The position numbers and the translations under genes were made by a program. Positions 14,823 through 28,970 of a stretch of 64,000 nt of DNA are shown here, in pieces. Under the pieces are notes generated by a model. The model was given only the letters and a program-made list of their open reading frames with translations, searched no databases and was not told where the DNA came from. The first letter of the stretch is position 1, and each line of letters opens with the position of its first letter. Source of the stretch: Cetorhinus maximus (taxonomy: Eukaryota); NCBI RefSeq assembly GCF_964194155.1, contig NC_135881.1, positions 133,238,001-133,302,000 of the forward strand. Reading direction: 5' to 3'.

Positions 14823-17421
14823 CGCTCTGGTTGCCCAGCCGTTGACAAACAATGCAACTTTTTATTACAAAAGACCGTTCGAGTTACAATAAACCAAAAA
14901 CATCAAAGAGAAAGAAAATAAAGATGCAATCGGGTTTTCATTTGCTAAAGGCGCCCAAAGTTTGGGCATATAAAGGATAAGTTTTAATAAACTTGTCCTT
15001 TCCAAAATGGACTTGGAATAAAATAAATTACCTTTTGCCTTTGACAATATGTGCTTATAATTTTCTGTGGTGATAAAAATTGTCCGGCAAGCAACTCCAG
15101 GACTGTTCCAAGGGGAAAGAAACATGGTGCTCGTCGAGATGGCCACATTTTATTCAAGAGAATCCAATGTGTCCACACACTTTTCCAAAAGAACGCCCTT
15201 CAGACTTGCTGTTGAAGTATACAAAGAAGTATTTATTGAATGAGGTGATTAATGATTCCGAGCAAAATCTGGTATTTTCAATCTGTTTAAAATTCCTTAT
15301 AAAGATAAGCAAGCACGACTGACTAATGGGAGCGAATTTTCTCATCGCACGATTCTTTGTCTTTCTATATACTTTTGGAGTCGTCTTAAACTATTATACA
15401 AAGCATATTTAAGAATGTTTATGCCTGATGATGCTAGCAGTTGTTGTTCGCCATTTATAAAAGCAAAATATTTCTATAGCTGGCAGCAGGGTATATTTCG
15501 CTCTACAAATGTGGAAATTGAGTCTATTTTCGTATAATCCCTATCGAAAGTCATGGCTGTATTATTTGTGTGTAATTTTATATAATTATAGGTAATTTCA
15601 GTTTTAAACAAGTTTTAGGAGGAAATGCACCCAATAGTATAAGTGTATTTTCCCCACCGCTAACGTGATGCATTCTGTGCATTGATATTGTTTGTGCCTA
15701 CTATCTGTACAATTTGAAGAGGAAAACAAAAACCATGAACGAATTTTTATGCTGCGAGCTTTAAATTGTTGCTAGGACATACAGATGTATCAAAATCGAT
15801 AAGATGGTTAAAAAGAAGTGCGTTGTTATACAATTAAACCTCCGATGTACACTATTTTTTCAGGAAGCCTGGTGCTTGTACTGCCTTCAAGCAATCAATA
15901 ATATAGAACTTATTAGAATTATCATCGTTCATAATGCTAGAAGTTACAAGCTACAATTTTATGTTTACTGAAGTAACTCTTGCTTAATTGTTTAGCGCCC
16001 TTTCCCCAAGATCGACAAAATGAAGTCACAGTATATATTCGAATATTTAGTCCTGCAGTTCATGTTTTATTAGCCATATATTACAAGTAATAAAATAAAC
16101 AATGATTGTATTTTTATATTTGGAATGTCGTTGCCACGTTAAATTATGTAATGTATAAGAAAGCACAACAGGATGCAAAGTCAAATTAAAAGTAATCCCC
16201 ACATGGTTACACTTTATTCCAGGATCAGAAAAATAGCGTCTAGGGCCATAAAAGGCCATGTTCGCAACCTTAAAGATGACTTATTATTTGATCGCCTCAC
16301 ATTTTACTGCATTATTTACGACTCGGTGACGTAGAACTTGATGTGGAAAGGCTGTAGAAAGATGAATTGTAGATCCATGCAGTAATTTAACCTCTTTCGC
16401 CCAGTTATTCTTCAGAACCACGAGATATTTTGCAGTGTGGGAGGTGAGGGGAGGGGCGAGGCGGGAGGTTAAATTATTTTATTTTGAAAATAAGAATGTG
16501 AAGAAAAATATATTGAAAACAAATCAGTTAAATGCATAGCCACGTTTTGGTGTCGAAAAAGTAATTCTCTGTGTGTTCGCTAAATCCTGACTGGAAGTAA
16601 ATTGTACACATAAGAACTGAGATGGTCCACGAATTAACATTTTATTTAAAGCCCGAGGCTTCATTTTTACACTGTAATTTATGTCTTTCGTTTTAGCAAC
16701 ATTTGGCACTGCACATAGCACACTGAAATATCCACAGAAAAATACACAAATCTTACCAATGATTTGTACGGTTTCGTCACAGTTTGGACTGTACCAAAAT
16801 TGTTAAATATACAACCACTCGTTTGAAATCTCTGGATAAGATCCTTGCACATTCGTTATACTGATATCAGTAACACGACTATATAGAGGATAGAGGTTTA
16901 AAATAAAAACACCTTAAATAACGCTGGCGACATAATTTATTTCCTATATATGTAGCATCTGGACAGTTTATTTGCTCTAAAACCATTTCCACATCCACAC
17001 ATATTGCTGCCTTTCTCATTTTCTAAAACAGATTTATTCTTAAATTCTCACAAATATTCCAACAGACTACACTAGTTGTGATTATGACGCTTACAGTTCC
17101 TCACAATATCTATTATTCAGTGTCCTTTTATTCTTTTTGCTTTGAATAACATGGAAGAAGCCACTTTGACAGGACCTAGCATCGGTTCATGTGGAGGTAA
17201 TGAAGGATACAGAATGTACCCAATCAAAAACAGAAAACACTTTGAAAGTCTGCAGAGAATGGGTTAACACAACATAAATGCCTTGTCCCTTTTGGGGTTA
17301 ACAGCATCTACCCTGGAAAAAAAACTCACTGCAAGAAATCCCTCCACATTCAAGTCAGTTATGTGGCAGACACATTTTGGTCCAAACTATGTTGTGGGAG
17401 AGGGGTTGGAGAGTCGAACAG

Positions 17422-17747
17422 CTATAGGCTTGATGAATTTGGTGCTGAACCATCTGGCTGTGGGCCCTGGGAGGATACTTGTGTTTGCTGGCTTGTAGAA
17501 GATGATGAGCTAGCAGAACGCATCTTAGTGTTAGGCAGTTTATGGTCTTTCTTCCATTTCATCCTTCTGTTCTGAAACCAGATCTTCACCTGGCGTTCAG
17601 ACAGGCAAAGAGTGTGTGCAATCTCAATGCGTCGACGCCTGGTTAGGTAACGGTTAAAATGGAACTCCTTCTCCAGCTCTAAGACTTGTTGTCTCGTGTA
17701 AGCAGTTCGAGACCGTTTGGGCTCTCCTCCAGTGTAATTTGGGTTCA
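17422..17747 (-). CDS. HOXA4: HoxA4 exon 2 (homeodomain); gene spans 17422-18514, 247 aa
   Basis: [75 protein letters not shown] is a paralog-group-4 homeodomain. Acceptor CAG at 17750-17748; phase-1 join with exon 1 gives 744 nt. Confidence 0.96.
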
Positions 17748-17949
17748 CTGAACAAAACAAGAAGTAACCAAACATAAATACAGATACAGCCACGAATCTG
17801 ACAATGGGATTAGATGCACGTGAATGAAGGTTCTAAAAGACAAGACTTTTTTCAAAGTGTTCTGACAACGGCGAACAATCTACTGCAATAAAATGGCTCT
17901 GGGTATTTAGGTTAGAAAAGCATCAAAGACACATGGCCAGGAGCAAGAT

Positions 17950-18012
17950 CCAGGGCAATGAAATTTATGGGCGCTGTAATTACCGACCTAACAGTTAGGT
18001 GATCGTAAATCT
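17950..18012. promoter_or_regulatory. HoxA4 intronic homeodomain-binding element (HB-1-like)
   Basis: Clustered TTTATGG, TAATTA and TCGTAAAT sites near the 5' end of the intron, as described for Hox4 introns. Confidence 0.55.
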
Positions 18013-18096
18013 CATGAAAGGGCTAGTTACAGAAAGAGTTCCGCACATCCGATTTCAATTGAATTTTAATTGTTTCAGTTAGCTTTAGTTACTTAC

Positions 18097-18514
18097 CGGT
18101 AGTAACGTGAATTTTCTTCATCCACGGGTAAACTATGGGCTCTTTGCTGAGAGTACCTTTCTGGGCAGTGGGATTTTTCGCATTCTGGCTACACAAAGCT
18201 GGTGTGGCTACTGGGACCACTTCACAAAGCTGATTCTGTCTCGGTATGTGATTTTGGAGGCTAGCCTGCGACTGCACATGACCCCTTTGCGACATGTCTT
18301 GGTTGCCAGTGCCTTGGACATTGTTGAAGCTGTAGGTCGGCTCTGGGTAGTTTGATTGTGGGTATAGTGCCTCATGATGGAATCCAGGGTCCCGCGGCCG
18401 CTCGTAGTATTCAGGAGATTGGCTTGGTATGTAGTTATTTTGAGAATATTCCTCACAAGGTGGAAATTTTGGCTCAACGTAGTTGGAGTTTATCAAAAAC
18501 GAACTCATGGTCAT
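18097..18514 (-). CDS. HOXA4: HoxA4 exon 1
   Basis: MTMSSFLINSNYVEPKFPPCEEYSQ N-terminus and VYPWMKKIHV hexapeptide; donor GTAAGT at 18096-18091. Confidence 0.96.
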
Positions 18515-18972
18515 TAATTTCTGAAGTGCAAAATACTAATTTTTCTCGCGTTGTCGTTTTTCTGTTCCATAAAACCCTCCTACTTGCTGTCAAGTGTATA
18601 AAGTTAGCTGTTCATGTGATGCAAGCAGCCAATGGGGTGAGTGGCTGTGAGCCCCGGATAAGGAAATACACCAATGATGAATGCATGGACTCCAGTCAAA
18701 AATTCCATATTATCATTCAAAATCTCGTTTCCCCTGAAATTATGTTGTCGCATAGAAAGAGAAAATTGGGACAATCAGGAAAACGCTAATTTTAAAATCA
18801 TCTAAAATGGGTAATGATGTTATGATGTTTTATCGAATGCAAATATTTGCAAATGTATGTTGACGGAGAAAACATGACAAGATAGTATTAAATAGAGATC
18901 TGCTATTGTCCGAAATAGTTTACTCTGTTCTAGGAACGCTTCTGTACAACACAACATGGTTCAGCGCTTTCT

Positions 18973-19010
18973 CGGGGGGTGGGGTGGGGGGGGTGGGGGG
19001 GGGGGGGTGG
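18973..19010 (+). repeat. Poly-G tract upstream of HoxA4
   Basis: Long G runs interrupted by single T. Confidence 0.9.
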
Positions 19011-21523
19011 ATTAAGACAATTGGGAAAATAATTACCAGAGTTCAACGCACTCGCTTCTCCTTCCGAATGCAGAGATGCTGTCAAAGGCATTCTAAGATT
19101 CATCGCTTACAAGGGAAGAATTTCCACAAAATTGCGAAAATACTTGGTTTATTTTAATAAAACACGAGTATTTTCAAGTCCTAGATAAGGCAGAATAGCT
19201 TTTCGTAGAACTTAATACACATTCAAAGTACATGCCGAAGTGTTAAATAGCTAAGGCAACAGTGGAGGATTTTGCCCATATACTGCATATGTATATAAAC
19301 GTTATGTAATCAATTGAGATTCTTGGCGTAATAAATCTTGTTTAAAATATACTAGCATTTAATTGTTCGATTGTAATGTGGCTTAACTAATGAAATACTC
19401 TTCTGTTAGTATTTTTTCAGGCCTGCTTTAATTGATCTTCATAAAGTAAAATGATGGAAACGAACATTTTGTTAGTCGAGATACCCAATAAAAGTAGATA
19501 CTAATTGTATTACTTTTTAAAAATGTACAAATCATAACTATTCAGTAAAACGATTAATTTGCATGGAACTCTATTCTAAAGCATTTAGCAAACGTTTTCA
19601 TTGTACATTTGAATTTTTGAACAAAACCGCTCCTTTCAACCACCCTGAATAACTAAACGTTAAATGCATCAATTATATTTCAGGTGTTTCTACTGTATCC
19701 ACACGATTAAGTCTGCATATGGCATGATTTGTTATATCAAGAAATGTAACAAGGAACACAAAACACACCAGCAATAATTGATAAAGCCTTCAAATGTTGT
19801 CTTCCTTTTACAATAAGTAAAAATAACCTGCCGTAAAAATTTGCAAGCTAATTAGCTTGTCATAGAATTTAATGTGATTAAAATTGTATAACGTTTTATG
19901 TTTGAATTAATATCTACCACAAACGGTGCGCAATATGAAATTGACCAAATAGAAAAGTGACAATTTAGGTGCACTGCACGTTATTTTTTCAAAGTAGCCA
20001 TATGCAATATGCCTTCTTCCCTGAAATATAATCGATTCACAACATGAGTTCCTGTCAATCAAGAATGCATCATAATGTTTTAATGCTTGGACGATATACT
20101 GTATCCGGACACACGAACTAACATTTCAATAAAATGAACCTTCTTCAACCATTACAACAGATCTTTTGTGGGGTACATTTACTAGCCTACCCTGCTTTGC
20201 TGCGCAGTATAATCGCCCATTAGAATGCTTTCAACTAAGTATCTAACAGCAAAATTAATTGACTCTCAGTGTAATTAACAGATGCTTATTTTCACTACTC
20301 ACTATACAAAGGGGTTATGTAGGGAAGATCTGCATGGAATCAGTCTTAATAATTTGTACGATTTTATTGTATTCACCAAGAACACCTTGTATAAATGTTT
20401 ATATTTAGATCATTCATAATATAGTTTAAAAAGCTACGAAACAGTCTTATAATGTAAACGGATCCAAATGATTTTGCTAAAAACTTTCCTTTCGCTAAAA
20501 AAAACTCCCATAACATTTAACTCCCAAAAAATTGCTGTTTTTTCCTCCTTGACAGACATGGTGTGCATCGTTTTCCACTGGCCACGTAACTTCCCTCTAA
20601 ATAGCGCAGTCCTGTAATTCGCTGGGCCAATGTGTGTATTTAAGCGCTTTGTAGAAAAAAAAATGAAAATAAAGGGCCTAATCGCACAAACATAAGGCAT
20701 TACTTGGGACCAGCAAATGCAGGTCATTCGCCTCTGCAGTTTTTTTTTCATAATAAACAGCGATGGAGCCAGGACCCCCAAGTGTTACCTCGCCTGCGTG
20801 TACATTTGACATTTTTACTGCAAGGGTAGATTTACAGCCATTTTAAAGCGAAAGGCAAAGTTAACGCGTTTTACGACATTTCCAAAACCTGCATGTTTTA
20901 AGAGCTTATATCAAATTTATACTTTAGAAAGTGTCGAGATTAGGAAATCGGTTTTACATAAAAAGATTAGCCAAGTTATGAAGCATGGAGGGAAGATTTG
21001 TTTCGCGGTTTAATAAATCAGAAATTAGACGTTACCAGTTTAAATTCTCCTCCGAACAGCAAATCAGTAGTTTAGATGATAAGGAGTGTCATAATTTCTT
21101 CATTTACCGACTGAACCCATCAGCACTGCTCAGGATTTATCAAATAGATTGTAACATGATGAAAATGTGATTGTTTCCAATTCTATCTGGGGCATATGGT
21201 TAAAACAGCCGGTGTCCAACTCACAAACAAAATAAAACAAATAAAATGGCACATTTCGAAGATACATCTTCGAGCAGGCTTGCACCACATCCCACAGAGC
21301 TGCACAACTGTGCGTTTATTGGACTTCAACACGGGAAACGAAACAAAAGATTTTATTCAATGAAATGAGATTTCGTAAGGGATACGCTAAGCTAAGTTTG
21401 GAAGTGACCGAAAAGTGACACCGTGTGCATTTTATTTCTTATTAATCTTATACATTGACAGTCTTTGTTAAGTAACAAGGCGTGCCATTCGTGAGGCGAC
21501 ATTTTCATATTTGTTAGACGCGG

Positions 21524-21540
21524 TGACCTGAATTTCACCT
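21524..21540 (-). promoter_or_regulatory. DR5 RARE 5' of HoxA4
   Basis: Minus strand AGGTGA-aattc-AGGTCA, about 3.0 kb upstream of the HoxA4 ATG, like the mammalian Hoxa4 5' RARE. Confidence 0.8.
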
Positions 21541-24500
21541 CGGCCTTGGACTTAGCCATTTCTAAAAGGCCTATAGTGCTCTTTCAAATACCAGGGTGTT
21601 TTGCCCAGGTCATTACCTTTGTGGAGGGGGAAACTAAGCAAAATGCGTGGATGCTATGCAGTCCTGAGTGTTTTAATAACCCACTCGGTGACCGTCTTTA
21701 AATGTTTGTAAATAAAATGCTCACGGCTCCTGGTAAAAATCAATAGGTTTGTAACGTTTTGTTTGATAAGTCGCATAAAGCAATTGAAGTGGAGACGTAT
21801 TGAACAATATTTAACGGCTTCCGTGATTAGACAATTTGCTTTTGGAATTTAAAATTAATTTAACTTGCAAAAAAGTTACACAAAGGGCTGCCTTGTTTTA
21901 CCAATACATCTGCACTTCATTTCAAATTCTTCTCACTGGTGCCTCCATCCGTGTGCTCAGAGTTTCCAAACTTAAACAGGCTGCTGGTTCCTTTTTTAAA
22001 AAAACATCGAATCCGAAAAGAATTGTATTTTAATGGGGAACATAGTTTTAATATGCAATTTTCTGTTTTAAAACTGTGACAACTTTTTAAAAAATCATCA
22101 ATCTAGCAACCCTAATCAATTATTTTACCGCTTAGGAATACGTTTTAATGCCTTACAAACTATTCTAGTAACAAGTGTCAAATTAATAAAACGAAATTAT
22201 TCGTTTGGAGTAGGCTTCCCATCTTTCTCAGGAGAAAAAGAAGTCAGGTCATTTGCAATGGATGGATTTTCCCTCTTCATTCTTATCTCCGGTACTACAA
22301 ATGTCTTTCATCTAAATCCAGGACCTTTCTACCCGTCCGTCTATTTCTCCATCATCTTCTCTCTCCCTCCCTATCTATTCGTACATACACAGATGCTGAA
22401 GTCGGTATTTTAAAGCAATATTGTACATTTCAAGTGGAGTGCGATTTTTTGGAAAATGCTGTATGGACTCAGAATAAAGATGGCTTCTTCATCTATTGAA
22501 TGATGCATTTAATGCCGTCTTAGATATTAAAGAATTTGCCTTTTGTTAACTTTTAGTATATGATGTGTTTTATAAGAGCTCGTAACAAACAACATTTTCG
22601 TTCATCTTTGCATATATTTTATTTATTGTTCTATTATCTGTGTGCTAATTATTATGTTTTCGAAGGCACATATTCTCCACTTCTACAAAGTGGAGGAACT
22701 ATGCTATTGCCCTATGGAATAGATATATAAGAGATTTGTATCTTGTTGCTCGCAATGTGTCTAATAGAGAATAAAGGGATATAACATTTAAACTCCATAG
22801 GCTTATATGCTTTTATACTTTTTTGTAGAATCCTTAAGTGGATTCGACGTTTATCTTGATTGCAGCTAAACGGAAAAGGTGCAGCAAAATGATTACGTTT
22901 GGCATCAACTGTTACATCTGGGTTGCAAAAATCTGTGAAGAGTTTAATACCACAAACAAGAGCTGTCCTTGTTATTGCATGCTAAAATCCCATAGACCAT
23001 GCTGCATAGGCTTCAGTCGTTCAGTTTAGACATCAGGGGACGCGGCTAATGTTAAATTGTAACCCTGCATTTGCATTAGGAATGAAGTTATCACCATTGT
23101 CATGCTGACGGATTTTTATATTATTGTTGAAGTGTATTTTAGCAGTCAGGAAAAAGAGAGTGAAAGGCGCAATCAGAGTTATTACCATGGATAAGTGGAG
23201 GACCTGAAGTAAATGTTATTTCTGCATTTTAAACAAGGAACTTTCTTCTCAAATGCTAACCCCTCTATCGTTGAGTCTCAGAGTATCCTTGTGGCATTTC
23301 GACGGAACTGAGAGGAATACAAAATCGCCCCTACATACTGTATTTCAAATTAGATGATTTAAAATAGATGTCAATTCAAACATAAGCACTGCTGAGATGT
23401 TCTTTAATTCTAAATTAGTACCAGTGCGTCTATATTGTTAAAACCGATTCAGAATGTGGGGGGATGTCTGTGAATTTAAGTATAACTGATGTCGATCTAG
23501 TCCTTGAGTCAGTGTACACTGTTGGGTGATGTACTTCGACAGGCGGGCTGCTGCTGTATTCTAATCTCTTTTTTTTAAAAAAAACGTCATTCGGCGCGAA
23601 AAAAGGCAAACCGAAATAAAACAATTCGATTTGTTTTTGTGGGAAAAGCCTCTTAATTTTTTTGTACAGTTGTTGAAAGTTTACCTGCTGCATATACACA
23701 ACAGATAGAAAAATGACCGTGGTCGATTTTTCAAGATGAAATACAACGTGTCTCGATCATGAAAAGAATATTTTTTTCTTTCCTTTCGTCAGTAATTGAG
23801 GTCGTTCAGTCGCTCGGGTTCACCTGGAGTCCATAGTATGATACACGAGTAACTCAAAGCTATTTTATCTTTTGTGCTGATAGTCAAGATCGCGCTATAA
23901 CATTGACATCAAACTCTGTCTGAGCAGATGATTACAAGTCGTGCAAAACGTAAACTTTTGACCCTCAACTTTTTGACCTACAGTTGTACCGCCCTACCAA
24001 CCACGGTACAGGGAGCCCTTTTTCAAAGCATTGCTGAGGACTGAAATAATATCCCCTTTCGTTCACTATTTTCATGATGTACTGCTAATTTCAGGTCTGG
24101 GAATGCTGAAGGCACTGTCCCCATCCCCCTCCTTGTCCACCTCCACCCCATTCCCGTCCCCCCCATAAATGAAACCTTTCTTTAATCTCAAAAATGGCAT
24201 GAACCTCAACTGTCTGCAGGCTGTTTATTCAAGTGCTCTTTTATTTAGTTGGATATGCCAAAGTGGGTAAGTTTTTACTGCATCGGCCAGCCGATGTAAT
24301 TATAGATAATATAGAAAAAAGAAACAAACGGATTAAGCTTTTGAGTCTATTTTAGTATTTCAGTCTTTTTCTGTTGCACTGATAGAACAATGGATGCGTG
24401 AGCTCCCAGTCCATGCTCATACAAAATGACTGTGAACTTGGTCTAAAGCGAGCTCTGCTGGTGAGTCGCAGAGTGTGCAGATGCATTTTCTTATAATTCT

Positions 24501-26940
24501 CTCCCTGTCTCTTTCTCTTTCCTGAATGCATTCCTTCTTAGATTTAAGCAACGAAAAGCCTTACTAGAATAATGAAATAACTCACGATTCAAGCTCTATA
24601 TTTTGGCAAAAATTGGAAGGGCGCGTGCATATTTAGTTGTATTTTTGTGCGAAAGACAAGCTTTTAATGACGCACCTCTTAGAAAAAAACGTGCAAAATT
24701 AATAAGCTTATCTTTTAACTGCAAGTATTAGATGAAGCAATAAAAAAAACAAATGAAGACAGAGGAAATAATACTTTAAATAGAATTACTTTCGTGCATT
24801 GATTCTATGTGCACATCCCTCAAAAGATTAGCTTGTCCATCACTTCCTCGAGAGAACTAAATATTGCCATTATTATTGTTATGTAATAATATGTCAATTG
24901 GAAAAGTTGTGTGCTGGTGATAATTACTTTTGTTTTTTTTAGGAAACGATTTGTCTCTGGCAATAAAATAAAAAAATAATCAGCTTATTTAGTGGGTTCA
25001 TGTGTTTTTCTCCCCATGCCATGTATGATGCAGTGATATCAACGCAATCCTTCAACTGTGTATTGCAATATCTTGCATTCAAGTAAATACAGCAGTTATT
25101 AATGAATCCATCCCCGGAAAACTTAAGAGTCCTCAATTTCTACAAGGTCATGCTGCAACAAAAGCTTCAGTGCTGAGAAATTCACAGCAGACTATCTAGT
25201 AACAATTTGCTTCCTTACATTGTAATGTTAGCCTGCTCACGATCAGTTAATTTTGTAAATGGTGAGTACCAAATGACATTATGCAAAACAAGCGCAAGAA
25301 ATAAAATGTGAATATGATGCAATCCCTGACACCCATATAAGTATATTCATTTCCATTCTATTACTTTCTATTAAAAGCCTTCATAACAATGTTTAGAATG
25401 CAGAGGATTCCATACGAAACTCCATAATAGCTAACTAGATCGCTAAAAGTCAGATACAGTAAACATAACTGAAAAAGAAAACCAGCCTATAAAAGCCATA
25501 TCCAGCTTGATTATTGGGCAATCTGAAAATATATTAGATTACCACATGCATGACGATATTGCTATGCATGCATTTCTATTTATTTACCCTTATAGTGAAT
25601 GTACTGTAACATGTTATGTTCATTTACAAATGAAGGAGCATTAGTGCTTCCTCTTTCAAGTTATTTTACTACGCTAATGAACGCCAAAACAATTATCGGT
25701 TACTTTGCTCATAAATAGGAAATCACAATGCTGCGGGGCCCCCTAAATTCGCTGAAAGGGGGCCCAAGAAGATTCATCACGTTCCCACATAATATGCAGC
25801 TGCACAGGTTTGCAAATGGAAACTGTGTTAAGCCAACAGTACACCCTGCTCTGGATTTCTTGAAGAAACTCATTTGCAAAGCTTAGGCAAAATTCTATTG
25901 TGTCCAAAAGACAAACTAGCATAGATTGCTATTGAAAAATGTGCTGTCCTTTCGGTGCCCTTAACACAGACGTAAGCACGTCACATTCCAGATTTTATGG
26001 CGACCACCTCTTGATTTTACTACTCGCAACTTTTATTTGTTTTGCCCTTGTATTTTTTCTGCGTTACGCTTCAGAGAATTGTTGGTAAGATTGCACAGTA
26101 GCTGTTCTTTATATTTTAAACACTGATTAATGAGATGGAGTGGTAAAGGGTAGGTACAGATATGATATCTGATAGCTCTGGATTAAATACCTCAACCAAA
26201 ACTTTGGCAATAGCTTCATTTCTAAAGGGCAAAGACCTTAGATTTATATTTAGACGGCCAATAAGATTTATATATTGTAAAAGAGACTGTTGACGGGAAA
26301 CTGAATCACTGCAATTTCAGATTAAACCCTCTGTTGTGACAGAAATTAAACAAATTGTTGAAAATGTATGTTTCACCTATGGAATAATTGGGTTTTATGT
26401 TGCAAGTTTTTCTTTAGTATAGAGGCTACGTACGGAAGCATCTGTAAAATGAACCCTTATAAAACACCATCACTCCCCCCCCCACCCCCCACCCCACCTC
26501 AAACTGCATCAGTTGACATACACGTAAGATGGCAGCCCCAACCACAGAAAAACTGTCTTCTGAAAGGCAATTCCACGCAGTTGTCTTCAGAAATAATTCA
26601 ACTCCTCGGACACACATGCACTGAGTTTACTTAATAAATGTTTACTAAATATAGAAACAAGATAATCTGTACGTTTGGAGAATACATAGCTGCCTCCTCG
26701 GTGAAAGAAAGGTCGGCAATTCAATACTTCTAGAGAAGGACATAACCATACTTTATCTTTACATCGGTTGCCACAGAATATCTACACTGTGTAACGTATA
26801 CGATTACGCAGTGAAGATAAATATTTACATGCTTAATCCTTTGAATATACATTTTGTCCCCCCTCTAGCACCAGCACCAAAATCCACCCACTAACCCAGC
26901 ACCGCCCCCCCTCCAAACAACAATCTCCCCCACCCTGCAG

Positions 26941-26942
26941 CC

Positions 26943-26973
<31 letters not shown>

Positions 26974-26981
26974 ACACACAC
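26941..26981 (+). repeat. Poly-C followed by (CA)n microsatellite
   Basis: C19 followed by an AC repeat. Confidence 0.95.
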
Positions 26982-28784
26982 TTTGGAGTCTCGGTTTTTA
27001 GACTGAAAAGTTTTAGAGTCTTCGGCAAGGTAATGAATACATCAAAAGCGCAGACTTGTGTGCAAAGTGAAACGAAATAACGTTATCAGTAATGATTAGG
27101 AAAAGAATTACAAGTAAATCAATTTCAAATTTAATAACTGACATATAACGTTAGACTGGATGCCACTGTAGCACTGAGTGAAACTTAAACTTATTTTGGC
27201 TTGTTATAAAAAGGATTTAAGTGATTTGGACAGATGACATATTAAACTGTCATATTTAAATGTAAACTAATACAAAGGAAATTACAACAGATTGACGCGA
27301 TTGACATGGCCGATCCGGAACTACAATACTGATATTGGGGCTGATTTCCTCTATTTACTGTTGGATCTTTATAGCACATCGTAAAACAGGCCTAATTGCA
27401 GTGGAATGTTTTGAGTAGAATTTCTGCAGGGTAATTGCTTTCAACCGTATTATCTATGTTAAACGTGTGGCCGCCTGCCATTTGCACTCCTTATGCTATA
27501 AGTTGGACTTGTCCATATAGAAAAAAATTGAATAACCAAATCTTCCAAGTGCATCACGTTTTGCATTCTTGTTTTGAAACACCAGATCTCAAGCAGTAAA
27601 TTATACATGTATGTCTCCATATACACACTAGACTAGCGGAAGCTTCAAAGAATGAAAAGCCGGTCATAAAGTTTATGGTTCGTCAGTCACAACTGTGGGA
27701 AAGCTGCAATTCACCAAAAACTATGTTGGTGTTACAACAGTCAGATTTAAAGTTGCAGTAACTCTTCCGCTGGCTATATTTCAAAGGGTTTTTTGTAACC
27801 CTCAGAGTGTTTATTTCGCACATATACTTCATTTCAGGCTATTTAGATTAGGATGTTTATGTTCTTCCGCATTAACATATTTATTTATAACACGTGTACT
27901 TTCAGATCTCGGGAGAATGATTTTTGTCGCCATAAAAGCTAAATTTAAAATAAGGAGGGGATTGGTTGGATGCATAAATTAGTGCATATAATATATTGCA
28001 TGGTACCTTAATCAGCTCGTGCGTGACGACAGAGGTTATACTGTAACACTGAGAGTAAGAGTGAGTTGCTAATGCATACACAATACGCACTAAAGTATCA
28101 GTGCCCTACAACTTCCCAAAATGCATGACGATTAAGACGACTGAAAATATATACTTCGCAACAGTATCAACTGGAGGCAGGAACATAACACTCCCCTCAA
28201 GAAAACACAAATAAACAAAATGACACAACAGAGCCTGCGGGTAAAGAAACCGTGAAAAGGAATAAGAATGTTCTGCCCCACATTTAAAGGCACTGAAGAA
28301 CAATGCCAGTAACATTTCATGAAAATTAATTGTATAGCCCCCCAAAAACTTTTAACCCATAAAATATTTCAAAATTGGAACCCACTAGTCTCTCCAAAAG
28401 TTATTTCTTTCCTAATCATACCCATTCTTTTTTTAACCTGCTTTCTAATATTAAAGCTCCATACGTACACAGAAATAATCTAGCCAGTACTTTGCCCAGA
28501 CACATTTCTGCCTCAGTGCACTCTGGGTGTTGCTTAAGGCCCATTTTACTGGGCCAAAACTCCTCGTGAAAAGTAATTAACGTTAATATTTCAACAAAAT
28601 TTACCTTGTCTTGCAAGAAAACACAACTTTCCTGTACACTGGAGCTGTGGAGCTGTGGATAGTCCTCTGAACATGAAAATTAGCCATTTGAGTGGCCTGT
28701 CTGCACACGCAATCTGCAAAGGAACCAAATGAAGTCCAGCGTCAGTGAGATTATATGTTATGTAGAATATACTGTTGGTTGTCA

Positions 28785-28970
28785 ACTCCCCAAAACCATA
28801 AAACTTACTTTAATGACACCACGTGATTTTTTATAGCCAGTGAGGCTATCAGTCTGTGCTATGGATGATTTTACGATCTAATTCATAGACAAAACCCTAT
28901 TCATTTGGCACCCAAATGTCATATAGCCGGAACTGAGGTGTATAAAAGTTTATTGATTATAACTTTAAAG
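28785..28970. promoter_or_regulatory. Cdx/Hox site cluster 3' of HoxA5 (candidate mesodermal enhancer)
   Basis: CCATAAAA, TTTTATAG, TTTTACGA, TATAAAA and TTTATTG plus CACGTG (28820) within 190 bp; position matches the Cdx-dependent Hoxa5 3' enhancer. Confidence 0.5.

Noticed and set aside
25736-25765. 9-bp inverted repeat GGGCCCCCT...AGGGGGCCC
   Set aside because: Too short for a miRNA or MITE call; no second copy or target-site duplication seen.
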